Positions 11,801 through 25,044 of a stretch of DNA of 64,000 nucleotides are shown here, piece after piece (position 1 is the first letter of the stretch; the number at the start of each line of letters is the position of its first letter). The notes beneath the pieces were generated by a model that made no database searches, was not told where the DNA came from, and saw nothing but the letters and a program-made list of their open reading frames with translations. Position numbers and translations under genes: made by a program. This stretch comes from Centroscyllium fabricii (lineage: Eukaryota): contig JBNRSN020000001.1 in assembly GCA_051313645.2 (NCBI GenBank), positions 582,738,001 to 582,802,000 of the forward strand, in the 5' to 3' direction.

Positions 11801-12689
11801 AAATTAAATTATTTTCATTCGGGAGAGATATTAATGCTCTTAGATTATGCCATTCACCTGTCACGTATTAAGCACTTAGTACAATTTTGGTGGCTCTGTG
11901 CTAACAGGGGGTGGAGAAGTTCAGTGCAGTGCAAGACTTTTATCTTTCACCTCTAGCATGACATTCTGATGGAGGCACAGAGAGATAAGATGGAGTCAGT
12001 TCTCTTCAGGCTGAGAAGTTATTGAGCTGACTTAACACGTGAATTACTTCAGTCCCTTTCTCACGAGGTCTCTGGGAATACATCACTAATTTGGAATCCC
12101 GCTCAGAGAAATTTTATTCCCTGATGGTATAGAGAGGTGTATGGGATTTTCAATAACATCTACGTCCTGATCGGTCCCTGCTGGCAGTGCTTGATGCTGT
12201 TACTGATGCACTATGGCATTGCCACTCCTCCCATTTTATGCAAACGCACACCCAGAACAGGAATACAATTTAAATATTTTTACTTATTACTCCCCAGGGA
12301 GCGGTGGAATATGCAAAAATCCATCCAATTCTAATATTTTAACTGTTTGATATCAGGGTAAAATCCTTATTTTAATAATTGTGTGAGTGGAGTTGCTGTC
12401 CTGCACAGTAAGCTGAAATAAATAATGTAAGGTTCATTTTAATTCAATTTTAATGGATTGAAGGTCTCCCAGCACTCAGTGCCCTCTGCCAGATTATCCA
12501 AACACTCACATAGTGTCCAAAGCTCTGTGCTGGGATGAGGAGCTTGTCACTGCCACCCTAATAGTCCAGATATTACTGTCTGTGGTATTAGCATATGAAC
12601 ACTTAATAAGGGTGTATATAACATTACTCGGTCTAGAATTTTAATTGAGCTATTTACCAATTTATTTTAAGTAGGTTAAAATGGCTTCT

Positions 12690-13500
12690 CTTCCCTGCAC
12701 AGTCACATTCAGGATCCCACAAGGATCTGCCATCATCTTCCTTATCTACATGCTGTGCCTCTTGGCGACATCATCTGTAGCCTCGGGTGTCTGCTTCCAC
12801 GTGAGACCAGCTGAACCTCTCCACCACCTCTCAGCCTCCATTTTGTGAGACTGCCTGTTCGAAATCAAGTCTTAGATGAATCCTGACTTCCTGCCCAGCA
12901 AAACATTGGGATGACTGAAGCCATTGTCATCAGTCCCTGCCAGGAATCTCCACTCCCTTGTCACTGCTTCCAAACCCCTCTCCATCTATAATCTTGGTGT
13001 CATGTTTGACAAGGATCTGACCTATCAACCTCCCATCCCATCCATCACAAAGATCGCTTGCTTCCACCTGCACTGCCTACCTCTGTCCCTACCCCAGCCT
13101 CTAGCCATTACGATTGTTAAACATGCTTTTCTCATCTCCAGACAACACTAGTCTAAACTCTCCTTGCTGGCCTCCCATATTCCACCCCCTCTAAAAACTG
13201 CATGTTTTTCAAACTCTGCCACATGTATTTTGTCTCATGTTAAGACCTGCTCACCCATCCCCCACTCCCCTCTTCGTCCTTGCTAACCTACAATGGCTCC
13301 CTGTCCTTGAAGGCATTCAATCAAAATCCTTGTGCTTGTCGAAATAATGCCTCCATGGCCATGCCCTGATCCATGCCTAGTGACCTCCAACCCCAAACCC
13401 GTCCTGAACATTGCATCCCTCTAATTCAAGGCATTGCCCCCACTTTGCCCTACCAGAGCTTTCAGCTATCTTGCAACTGCTTGTTGGAATTCCCACCATA
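12690..13500 (+). mobile_element. Old L2-clade LINE fragment
   Basis: Degenerate RT C-terminal text (NLGVMFD..L..I.SITK.A.FHL) and similarity to the L2 fragments at 17130, 20349 and 25505. Confidence 0.6.
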
Positions 13501-13507
13501 AACCCCC

Positions 13508-13709
13508 TGATACCGTATCAATGACCTCAGAGACGAGAAGTTACGAGGTGAATAAAGGCTTTTATTCGCTAAAAGGTTGGGCATGCACCAGCTAGTCGAC
13601 TGCTCCCGGAATGAATGGGGGGAGGGAGACAGTCACTTATATACCTGTCCTGGGAGGAGGAGTTACAGGCGGGGTTAGCATGGGCATGCCCAGACAAGCA
13701 GTACACACA
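13508..13709 (-). mobile_element. Truncated solo LTR related to the outer Gypsy LTR
   Basis: Reverse complement contains tatataag, cagtcgactagctggtgcatg, tttagcgaataaaagcc and ctcgtctctgaggtc...tca, collinear with LTR 50084-50383. Confidence 0.75.
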
Positions 13710-13710
13710 G

Positions 13711-14752
13711 AAAACCCTCCATTGGTTGGAATCATACCTAGCACAAAGGAAGTTGGCTGTGGTTGTTGGAGGTCATTCATCTCAACCACAGGACATCACT
13801 GCAGGAGTTCCTCAGGGCAGTGTCCTAGGCCCAACCATCTTCAGCTGTTTCATCAATGACCTTCCCTCCATCATAAGGTCAGAAGTGGGGATGTTCGCTG
13901 ATGATTGCACACTGTTCAGCACCATTCGAGACTCGGCAGATACTGACGCAGTCCGTGTCCATATGCAGCAAGACCTGGACAACATTCAGACTTGGGCTGA
14001 CAAGTGGCAAGTAACATTCGCACCACACAAGTGCCAGGCAATGACCATCTCCAACAAGCGAGACTCTAACCATCTCCCCTTGACATTCAATGGCATTATC
14101 ATCGCTGAATCCCCCACTATCAACATCCTGGGGGTTACCATTGATCGGAAACATGAACTGGACCAGCCATATATATACTGTGGCTACAAAAGCAGGCCAG
14201 AGGCTGGGAATTCTGCGGCGAGTGTCTCACCTCCTGACTCCCCAAAGCCTTTCCACCATCTATAAGGCACAAGTCAGGAGTGTGATGGAATACTCTCCAC
14301 TTGCCTGGATGAGTGCAGCTCCAACAACACTCAAGAAGCTCGACACCATTCAGGATAAAGCAGGCCGCTTGATTGGCACTCCATCCACCACCTTCAACAT
14401 TAACTCCCTCCACCACCGGCCAAAGCTCCTTCAACAGCACCTTCCAAACCCACGACCTCTACCACTTAGAAGGACAAGGGCAGCAGACGCATGGGAACAG
14501 CACCACCTACAAGTTCCCCTCCAAGCCACACACCATCCTGACTTGGACCTGTATCGCTGCTCTTTCACTGTCGCTGGGCCAAAATCCTGGAACTCCCTTC
14601 CTAACAACATTGTGGGTGTACCTACACCATATGGACTGCAGCGGTTCAAGAAGGTGGCTCACCACCATCTTCTCAAGGGCAATTAGGGATGGGCACTAAA
14701 TGCAGGCCTAGCCAGCCAGCGATGCCCACATCCCATCAATGAATTTAAAAAA
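13711..14752 (+). mobile_element. CR1-clade LINE, 5'-truncated RT and 3' UTR
   Basis: ORFs with GVPQGSVLGP and MFADD RT motifs, frameshifted. Tail gatgcccacatcccatcaatgaat followed by an A-run. Confidence 0.9.
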
Positions 14753-16070
14753 AAATTAAAAACGATATACAGTATTACAGGCCGTTGGTTATATACACAT
14801 ATATATACAAAGTGGTTTACCACACCCCCTCCTTTCTCCACCTCTCTCTTCACCTTTGAAAACCTCCTCAAAACCCATCTCTTTGACCAAACTTTCAGCC
14901 CCCTCTCCTTATCTACAATGTCTAATTACCTTACCCCTATTTGCGAAACCACTTGGGACATTTTTCAGATTGAAGACACTACACATCTGCAGTGTTAATT
15001 CCCATAAAATGGCAGAGGAATGTATCACAAACATTCATTACTAGGTTCAGGTGTCTTTTTTTATTGTAATTCATTTAACTAAATTTTTGTACCCCACTTC
15101 TACATCTCCCCAGCCCATGGCAGAGCAGCCCAAAGCCTTACTCCAAGGCCTCCACCAATGCTGCTCTCCAACCAGGAACTGGGTGCTGGATGAGGGGCTA
15201 CCTCTGTGTCTCTCCATCTGATCATCCTCCTTTCCCTTGTGGGGAATTCTTTAGTCTCTTTGTGGCTGCACAGTAAGATTGAAAAGCTCCCCTACAGGGG
15301 AAATCGTTGCTAAAGCCCATGGGCTGGGACTGTGGGACTCAGTATTATTAATCTCTGAATGATGTTAACACGTGGGCACCGTAATGCTTGTTGCTTATAT
15401 CACCACTTACGGCATCTTTTTAAAGAAAACTGAAAATATCTGTCCCATATACGATATAATCATTTATTAAAATTCTGTAAAATGTTTACCATTTTGTAAA
15501 CAAATTACTGTATGTTACTTTATATTTATCTTTTTTTGGTGTTTTTCATATTGACCATAAAAATCAGACACCTTTGTAATAAAACTGTTATTGCTCAGAA
15601 CCTCAGGCAACATTAAAAAAAATGTTCGTTCTGTGTGGGTTTTTTCCATTCCCTGACTGGGAGCAGTTAGAAGGCCTGTTCCCAGATCTCTGGGAATCTC
15701 ACTCAGGAACTGGGCACACCCAGGTGTGTGTGAGAGAGGCCTGCGGTGAGTGCACCCCTGATTTTCTTCCCCATCCTTACGGGTGCGACTGCCCAACCTC
15801 CCCCACTTGATGCATCTGCTGGGAGTGTGCCAAGTGGGAAATGGCAGGCTCGGAGCTGTACCCAGCAGTGGGCGCCATAGGGCAACAGCTCCTCCAGTAT
15901 GCTATGCACCTCCCCATCGCCCCCTCTACTCCTCACTTCCCCCCCGCCCCCCCCCCCACCACACCACCACCACATCTGAGCAGTCTTAGAAGCTCAGCTC
16001 ACCTTTTTATTATTATTATTATTGTTATGTCTAACCTCTCCTTTTACAAACTGCTTTTATTCTGTTGTAG

Positions 16071-16235
16071 TGCATGGCATCTGGGAAGACTGGTCACCCT
16101 GGAGCTTATGTTCATTTACTTGTGGTAGAGGCCAAAGAACAAGGTCTAGGTCGTGCGTTTCTCCTCAGTATGGCGGCCGGTCATGTGATGGACCAGAATC
16201 ACAAACAAAAATTTGCAACATTGCCTTGTGCCCAG
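16071..16235 (+). CDS. ADGRB3: ADGRB3 exon encoding TSR2 ([55 protein letters not shown])
   Basis: Pyrimidine tract plus ttgtag|, CCAG|gttagt donor, 165 bp, phase 1-1. Matches recalled BAI3 TSR2. Confidence 0.95.
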
Positions 16236-16286
16236 GTTAGTGCAACACTCAGTTATAAAATGGCTTGTCAATGTGCTATCATGTCA

Positions 16287-16560
16287 TAGGAACAGGTCAT
16301 TCAACCCCTCAAGCCTGTCCACCATTCAATTAGATTATGGCTGATCTATATCTTAACTCCACTTACCCACCTTGGTGCCGTGACCCTTAATACCCTTGCC
16401 TGACAAAAACTATCAATCTCAGTTTAGAAATTTCAATTGACCCCCCAACCTCAACAGCTTTTTGGAGAGAGAGTTCCAGATTTCCACTACCCTTTGTGTG
16501 AAGAAGTGCTTCCTGACATCATCCCTGAACGGCCTAGCTCTAATTTTAAGGTTATGCCTG
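16287..16560 (-). mobile_element. CR1-type LINE 3' fragment
   Basis: Similar to 8845-9135 (ttcaat..gattatggctgatc, gtgtgaagaagtgcttcct). Confidence 0.7.
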
Positions 16561-17129
16561 TCATAACAATGATTTGCCTAAGGTTCTTGCGACATCGTAA
16601 AGAATTGAAGGACACTGCTTAATAAAGTCACAGTTAAAGAGCCATAATTCATTGCCTTGTAAAGTTAGTAGAGAAAAGCTTTTGTCTCAATCCGCTGAAC
16701 TAGAGTGGAAGGAAGCAAGTGGCAAATAATGGAAACTGGTGCATGATTGAGAACCACCATTAAGTTAAGCTGCTATGGAATAAGGTGGTATAAAGATGCC
16801 GAACAAGCTTGTGCTGAAGGGCACCTGCACAGAATAGTGCAACTTGCCCCATTGCATTTATTCCCTGGCCTTTTTTAAAAAATTCATCCTCGGTATATGG
16901 GCATCACTGGTAAGGTTTATTGCCATTCCCTAGTTAGCCTGAAAAGGTGCTGGTAGGCCTTCTTCTTGAACCTTAAGTCAGACTTCTGCTGGAGCGTCCC
17001 ATCTTTAATTTCCCTGACTGATGCCGACTGGCCTGCTGTATATTTCCTGCTGTTATTCCAACATTTCCAGTTTCTCTTTTTGTCTAAGATTGGCACTAAT
17101 TAATCAAGCTGATCTACACAGCACAATAA

Positions 17130-17540
17130 TGGCAATTTGCATTTATATAGCACCTTTAATGTAGTAAAACATCCAAAGAAGTAGGTTTTAAGGAGCGACT
17201 TAAAGGAGGAAAGAGAGGTAGAAAAGTGGCGAGGTTTAGGGGGACTTGCGGAGTTTCGGGCCTAGGCAGCTCAAGGCACGGCCGTCAATGGTGGAGTGGA
17301 TGTGCAAGACACCAGAATTGGAGGAGCGCAGACATTTTGGAAGGTTCTGGACTGGAAGAGGTGACAGAGATAGGGAGGGACGAGGCCGTGGAGGGATTTG
17401 AACACAAGGATGTGAATTTTAAAATCGAGGGCCGGGAGCCAACGTAGGTCAGCGAGCACAGGGGTGACAGGTGAACGGGACTTGGTGCGAGTTAGGATAT
17501 GGGCAGCAGAGTTTTGGATGAGCTCAAGTTTACGGAGGGA
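17130..17540 (-). mobile_element. L2-clade LINE 3' fragment
   Basis: Minus ORF KLELIQNSAAHILTRTKSRSPVTPVLADLRWLP...FKI; tail ttgcatttatatagcacc. Confidence 0.8.
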
Positions 17541-17814
17541 CGAATCATACATTGCAAACTCCTGTGCAAATGGTGCAAAATAGCATCCTTCCAATTGATT
17601 TTGCACTTTCACAACACTTTCAAGGATCAAGTCTTAAATGCCTTCAATATTTTGTTTGCGATGATTTCTTTTTAAGTCAGCGCCCAATAACTAGCTCTAA
17701 GTGCACTTAGCACACTTTGAAAATGATTGTCATTCTGCTATTTACGAAGTGAACTGGCAGCATCAAGTGGCAGAAGTGGGTTCTGCACTAACTTTATTGC
17801 TATCAGTACAAAAG

Positions 17815-19232
17815 AATCATAGAATCACACAGCACAGAAGGAGGCCATTCGGCCCATCGTGCCTGTGCCAGCTCTTTGAAAGAGCTCTCCAATTAGTCCC
17901 ACTGCCTTGCTCTTTCCCCATAGCGCTGCAAATATTTCCTTCTCTAGTATATATCCAAATCCCTTTTGAAAATTATTATTGAATCTGCATCCACCACCCT
18001 TTCAGGCAGTGTATTCCAGATCACAACAACTCACTATGTGAAAAGATTTTCCTCATATTCCCCTGAATTATTTTGCCAATTATTTTAAATCTGTGTCCTC
18101 TAGTTACTGACCCTCCTGCCAGTGGAAACAATTTCTACCTATCTACTCTATCAAAACCCCACATAATTTTGAACACCTCTATTAAATCTCCCCTTTGCCT
18201 TCGCTGCTCTAAGGAGAATAATCCCAGCTTCTCCAGTCTCCCCACATAACTGAAACATAGAAGATAGGAACAGGAGTAGGCCATTCGGCCCCTCGAGCCT
18301 GCTCCGCCATTCAATGAGATCATGGCTGATCATCCAAATTCAGTACCCTGTCCTTGCCTTCTCCCCATATCCCTTGATCCGTTTAGCCTCAAGGAATATA
18401 TCCAACTCCTTCTTGAATATATTTAATGAACTGGCCTCCTCCACCCTCTGTGGCAGAGAATTCCACAGGTTCACCACTCCCTGGGTGAAGAAATTCCTCC
18501 TCATCTCTGTCCTAAATGGCTTATCCCTTATCCTTAGACAATGGCCCCTGGTTCTGGACTCCCCAGCCATCAGGAACATCCTTCCTGCATCTAGTCTGTC
18601 GAGGCCTGACAGAATTTTATAGGTTTCGATGAAATCCCCTCTCAATCTTCTAAACTCCAGTGAGTTTAAGCCCAATCGACACAATCTCTCCTCATACGTC
18701 ATTCCTGCCATCCCAGGTATCAGCCTGGTGAATCTTCGCTGCACTCCTTCCATGGCAAGAACATCCTTCCTCAGATGAGGTGACCAAAACTGCACACAAT
18801 TCTCGAGGTGCGGTCACACCAAGGCCCTGTACAACCACAGGAAGACATCCTTGCTTCTGTACTCAAACCCTCTCACTACGAAGACCAACATACCATTTTC
18901 CTTCTTAACCGCCTGCTGCACCTTACCTTCAGCGACTGGTGCACAAGGACACCCAGGTCTCATTGCACTTCCCCTTCTCCCAATCTATTGCCATTCAAAT
19001 AATAATCTGCCTTGCTGTTTTTGCCACCAAAGTGGATAACCTCACATTTATCCACGTTGTAGTGCATTTGCCATGTTTCTGCCCAATCACCCAACCTGTC
19101 CAAATCGTACTGGAGTTTCACGACATCCTCCTCACAGCATACCCCTCCCACCCAGCTTTGTGTCATCTGCAAATTTGGAGATATCACATCTAGTTCTCTC
19201 ATCCAGAAGTCCCACATCCCTGGTACCATTCT
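17815..19232 (-). mobile_element. Older CR1 fragment (17815-18254, 19206-19232) interrupted by a younger CR1/HER1 copy (about 18255-19205)
   Basis: Minus ORFs QFWSPHLRKDVLAMEGVQRRFTRLIPG... and LQYDLDRLGDWAETWQMHYNVDKC. The host sequence resumes at gaa|gtcccacatccctggtacc. Confidence 0.85.
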
Positions 19233-19639
19233 AGATAGAACTAGATATCTCCAATAGAAATAAAGGAATCAAATCTGGCTCGATGATCTTAGCAACCGCA
19301 TCTCGTTTAAAATGAAGAATTAACTTTCCTTTTTATGTATTTATGCAAATACGATAGATTAAACAAATGTTGTTTAAACAGTGAGTACTGATGACAGGAT
19401 GAATAAACTTGCTGACAGATTTTAATGAGCCTTATTTGCAAAGGAGCAGATTTAGCATCAGCAAGGATGATTACTAAGCCAGGAAGCTTCAGCTATTGAA
19501 TCATTTGAGCTGTGTGTGTTAATCCAGCTCTATCACCCTGTCAGGGTGATCAATTCCCAGCCCAATACTTAAAACAAATTGACTTATAAAAAATCAGCAG
19601 AGCTGAGCAAAGAACAACAAAAACTTGCATTTATATTAC

Positions 19640-20348
19640 GGCCCAGAAATTAAGGGCCCAACGTGCGAGTATGGACGGTGTACTCACGCGTGGGCCCCTC
19701 GGAATTGCCGGTTTCTGGCATGCACCGCGCATGCGTGCAAAACTGGCAATTCCGATCCCCTGACTGAAGGGGTCAGGAGCCGGAGCGCGTTCGCCTGCGC
19801 AGCAGGAGGTGCGCAGTGCACTTCTGATTTTTTCACAGGTTTGTATCAGGGTAAGTATTTGAAATATTTACGGCTGACATTTTCAAGCACAAGGAGTGGA
19901 TTTCATCAGGTAAGTCTTTATTTTATTTAATTTAAACATTTTTTTCCACAGGTTTTTCATTTTTAAATAATTTAAAGAAAGGTAAGTTGTTTTCAGGCCC
20001 GTTAAATACTTTAATTATTTTTTTTCTAAATTTTTATTTTTTGTTTAAAATAGCTCATTTATGTGATTGGTAGTAATTTAAAAAAAATGTGATTGTATTT
20101 TTTAATTTATTTTAAGATTTAGTGTGGTTTTGGAGCTGTAATAATTCATGAATGGAGCATTCTTTGCTCCGATTGGCTCCCCGCGGACCACGTGATCCCG
20201 CGTGGAGCCTCGCACTAACTCCGACGTTCAGTTGCATCAGCGCGGCGCGCCGGCCTTTCAGCAGGCCTCTGGATCGGGATTTCAAGTGGGTGAAGTGTGG
20301 GTTGGAGGCTTGCACTCGCGGGAAGCCTCCAACCCGAATTTTTGGGCC
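19640..20348 (-). mobile_element. Non-autonomous DNA transposon copy B (diverged, opposite orientation), inserted in an L2 3' end
   Basis: TIRs ggcccagaaatt / aatttttgggcc. Reverse complement of the copy A core. Splits aacttgcatttatat|...|taccttaaatatagtaaaacatcc. Confidence 0.75.
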
Positions 20349-20635
20349 AGTACCTTAAATATAGTAAAACATCCAAAGATGCTTCACACCTGTGACACCA
20401 AGGCTCATAAAGAGATATTTGGACAGGTGACCAAAGGCTTGGTCAAAGAGGTAGGTTTCAAGTAGGATCTTAAAGGAGGAGAGAGAGGTAGAGAGGCAGA
20501 GAGGTTTAGGGAGTGAATTCCAGAGCTTCGGGCCTAGGCAGCTGAAGGCACGGCTGCCAATGGTGGAGCGAAGGAAATCAAGGCTGCGCAAGCGGCCAGA
20601 ATTGAAGGAGCGAAGATATCTCGGAGGGTTGTAGG
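20349..20635 (-). mobile_element. L2-clade LINE 3' fragment
   Basis: Minus ORF RSTIGSRAFSCLGPKLWNSLPKPL...SSFKILLETYLFDQAF. Confidence 0.8.
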
Positions 20636-21305
20636 AAATAACTAAAGGAAATCAATTGTAGCACTTTGTAGCCTGATGATGAAAAAGGAAATAAGATTTT
20701 AAAAAGATCACTTATTTACCAGTTCTTCTAAAAATAGACCGATTAAACAGAAAACATTCGTCCATTTCCTTGATGCAAGTGGTACTTTCATCGGAGTGCT
20801 CAGTATTTTACACCTCTGAAAATATCAAAACATAGGAATACACAACATGGGAGAATCGGGGTTGAAGGTCAACGCTACCAATTTGTGATGCTCCCAATTT
20901 CCCGATCGTTAAAGTTAATCATTCCTTGATGTGAGATAACACCAGATAATTGGTGAGAGCATGCGATAGTCTCCTAGGAGACTGGCATTCATAGATTAAC
21001 CCTTTCAGGGCCATAGCACCAAGAACAAAATTAAAACAGGACAGGGCTTTTTTTATCCAGATTCAGAAGATCGCTGTACATTTCTCCATTTAGCTCTTAG
21101 ACCGAGGAGACCAAGGTAATTCCAAGGTCCCTGGGCCAGCCAGTCTTCAAAGTTCTTGGTCCACACAGCTTGACCCTGATTTTGTTGCAATAATGCCACA
21201 TAGTAAAATATATTTTTCTACCTGTAATAGTACCGTAAAATGATATTTTAAACATTGCAATGCAAATATAAATAGTTTCATAAAACTTAACTTCCTTTAA
21301 ATAAT

Positions 21306-22044
21306 GGCCCAAAAATTAGCCTTGGAGCCTTCCTGCAAGTGCAAGGCTCCAAGGTACACTTACCCTGCACTTCTGCCATTTTGCAATTATGGGATGTGAA
21401 ATCCTGAGTTGTACAGCTGCTACAAGCTCCAAGCGACCTGCTAGTGCAACTCAACATCGTAGTTAGTGGGAGATATCGCATGGGACCACGTGATCTGCAG
21501 GGAGCCAATCAATCTGCACGGAGAAATCTGTGTAAGTTATGAAAAGGAAGAGCTTCAAAAACACATCTAAACACAAAAATAAAATTTAAAAACCACCACA
21601 TTTGTTAACAATACTCTAACTAACATAAATTACCTATTTTAATGAAAAAATAAAAATTTAGGAAAAAAAATTAAAGTTTTTAACTGTCCTAAAAGAATAC
21701 TTACCTGTCTTTAAAGTTTGAAAAAAATAAAAACCTGTTAAAACAATACTTAAATTCTATAAAATAAAGACTTACCTGCTAAAACGGGTGGTTACGGCTG
21801 ATATTTTTAATTGTAAAATCTTCCATACTTACCCCGATAAAAAACTCGGAAAAAATCGGAAGTCCACTGCGCACCTCCTGGTGCGCAGGCGAATGCGATC
21901 CAGCTCGCAGCAGCTCGCGATCCCCCGCTGGCCACCTTCAGAATTGCAGGTAGCAGCTGGAAACGGCTGCTACCTGCAATTCGGAGCTCGGGTGCGTGAA
22001 CACCCGGCTCAAAAACCTCCCGCAATCATCGTAATTTTTGGCCC
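21306..22044 (+). mobile_element. Non-autonomous DNA transposon copy C
   Basis: TIRs ggcccaaaaatt / aatttttggccc with AAT on both flanks. Highly similar to copy A. Confidence 0.85.
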
Positions 22045-22446
22045 AATACTTTTTATATATGTTTCCAACTAAGGTTTCTCTGCCTGCAACACTTTCTGGT
22101 TCTAGATGTGCCCCTGATGCATGTAGTCCTAGATCAATCCCCAATTGGCTCCAAAGGCTGGTCTTCTACACCAACCATGAGACTGAACATTGTAAATTGG
22201 CCTTCTTATGCTGAGCAACTAGGTCAATCCAGTGTTCACAGATCATTTGGCTTGGAAAGTGGCCTGTGCTCCCAAGAAGGTAACTAACTCATCAACCGTG
22301 CAGGCAGCCACTAAAGAGAACCTGATTGCAAAAACCTACTCAGACATACAGGGTTTGGGGTGGGGGGAGGGTGGGGGTAGATTTTCATCTTCCACGCCCT
22401 TTATAGAACCCATCTGATTTTCATTCCATTGAAGTTAATGGAATGA

Positions 22447-23515
22447 GAATCATAGAATCATACAGCACAGAAGAGAGCCATTCGACCTATCGTGCAAGAG
22501 CTATCCAAATAGTCCCACTCCCCTGCTCTTTCCCCCTAGCCCTGTTAATGTTTCCCTTCAAGTATTTATCCAATTCCCTTTTGAAAGTTACTATTGAATC
22601 TGTTTCCACCAGCCTTTCAGGCAGTACATTCCAGATCATAACAACTCGCTGAGCAAAATTGGCACCCCATCCACCACCTTAACCATTCACTCGATCCACC
22701 ACCGGCATGCTGTGGCTGCAGTGTGTACCAGCTACAAGATGCAGTGCAGCAACTCGCTAAGACTTCTTTGGCAGCACCTCCCAAACCCGCAACCTCTACT
22801 ACCTAGAAGGACAAGGGCAGCAGGCGCATGGGAACACCATCACCTGCAAGTTCCCCTCCAAGTCACACACCATCCTGACTTGGAAATATATCACCGATCC
22901 TTCATCGTCACTGGGTCAAAATCCTGGAACTCCCTCCCTAACAGCACTGTGGGAGTACCTTCACCACACGGACTGCAGCGGTTCAAGAAGGTGACTCACC
23001 ACCACCTTCTCAAGGGCAATTAGAGATGGACAATAAATACTGGTCTTGTCAAAGATGCCCACATTTTGTGAATGAATTAAAAAAAAATTCTCCTCATTTC
23101 CCACCTGGCTTTTTTGCCAATTATTTTTAATCTGCATCCTTTGCTTGCCAATGCTCCTGCCAGTGGAATTCATTTCTCGCTATTTCCTCTATCAAAACAC
23201 TTCATAATTTCGAAAACCTCTATTAAATCTCCCATTACCCTTCACTGCTATAAGGAGAACAACACCAGCTTCTCCAATTTCTCCACGTAACTGAAGTCTG
23301 TCATCCCTGGTACCATTCTAGTAAATCTGTTCTGCACTCTCTCAAAGACTTTGATATTCATCCTAAAGTGTGGTGCCCAGAATTGGACACAATACTCCAA
23401 CTGAGGTCTAAACAGCAATTTATAGAGGTTTAGCATAACTTGCTTGCTTTTCTACTCTGTGCCTCTATATATAAAGCCAAGCATCCTGTATGCTTTTATA
23501 ACAGCTTTATCAAAT
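22447..23515 (-). mobile_element. CR1 LINE fragment with nested + strand LINE 3' end (about 22660-23080)
   Basis: (atcataga)n tail and minus ORF LNLYKLLFRPQLEYCVQFWAPH. The nested piece matches 14370-14750. Confidence 0.85.
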
Positions 23516-24054
23516 TCTCACATTCAGCAAGAATAGTTGACACATTAACTGGGTGGGGTGGAATCTGTGTCTGGCCATGGTCCACATACTTTGAAAGTGG
23601 AGTTGTGTGAAAGGAATATTGCTGCTTCTGACCCCATATTCAGGTTAGCATATTTTAAAAAGATATCTCGTTGGTTGTGGCCAAGGAGAAGGTCCCTTAA
23701 AGGACCGCCGATTCGGCCACATGTCGGCCTAGTTTTCCAGTCAGGTTAAACCAATCTATCAGTGGTGGCCTCACACAGATGTTAGGCCCCTTTGTTTCAT
23801 ATGCAAATGTTTTTAATGCCTGTTTCAGGCGTGGGCTCTGAGCGCCGCATTTTTGGCGGGCAGTGCATTTCCTGCTCGTAATGCATGACGGCTTCCAGCA
23901 CAGCATACTGTAGGTTTAGGAGGCCTTTTAGTGCCTGAAAAATGGTTGCTCTGCAGCCAAATATCTAGGCCTGAATCTTCCAGGCCTCACACTGCAGAGG
24001 GCCTTCACCCACCCATGCACCAATCCCACTCTCAGATAAAATCAACTCCTAGGT

Positions 24055-24485
24055 GTTAGCCTTGGCTCTGAGTCAGAAGGCCATGGGTTCAAGCTTTTAG
24101 ACTTGAGCATAAAGTCTAAGCTGACACTGCCAGTGCAGTACCGAGGGAGCACTGCATTGTTGGGGGTGCCGTCTTTTGGATGAGATGTTAAACCGAGGCC
24201 CCCATCTGCCCTCTCAGGTGGATGTTAAAGATCCCACTGCACCAGTCAAGGAAGAGCAGGTGAATTCAACCCGGAGTCCTGGCCAACATTCATCCCATAA
24301 CAAACAGCAGCAAAACAGATTAACTGGTCATTTATCACATTGCTGTTGGTGGGATCTTGCTGTGCACACATTTGCTGCCATTAATTCCCTACATTATAGT
24401 TGTGACAACACCTCAAAAAAGTGCCTCACTGGCTATGAAGCGATTTGGTTGTGAAAGGTGCAATATAAATGCGAGTGCTTTCTTT
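24055..24485 (+). mobile_element. Deu-domain SINE (SacSINE1/AmnSINE-related)
   Basis: tRNA-like head remnant (gagtcagaaggccatgggttcaag), Deu core ggtgccgtcttttggatgagatgttaaaccgaggccc...cctggccaacatt, L2-like tail atataaatgcgagt. Confidence 0.8.
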
Positions 24486-25044
24486 AAATGCTGTTTTTGC
24501 TTTGGTTCAGTAATTTTGTAAATGATATCGGTAATTGCCTTGGGTTTATCCTTGTCAACACGGTTGTCTTAATTAGCTGGCACATTTTATTATGCATTGT
24601 TACTGACATTATAAAGTCTTAATCTGGACTGGGATAGTCACCATGGAAACTAGGAACTGGCCCAGTCACCGTTGTCCTCCCTTTTCGAACACATTTCCAA
24701 TTTCACTCAAATAGGTGTCATGTGGAACATCGCTGCACTCTCAAATCCTCTGGAATACTTCAAAGGCTAAATTTCTGATTAGTAAGCAGCTGCCAAAACA
24801 TTGCTGGGTGGTAGAGGAAAGGAGCCATGTTTTGCTGGAACAAATAAAGGAGATATAATTAAATTGTTAATGAGCCTGTTTAGGTCAATTATATTGTGGT
24901 ACGAACTAACATTAATCTTTTATTTGCAGATGAATTTCCAAATCACACACAATGCTGCACGTATTTCTCCATGACTCATATTTTCTGGGAACGGGTGGGG
25001 GGGGATCTATATCAGAAACATGACTTTGAGATTCCACTCCAACC

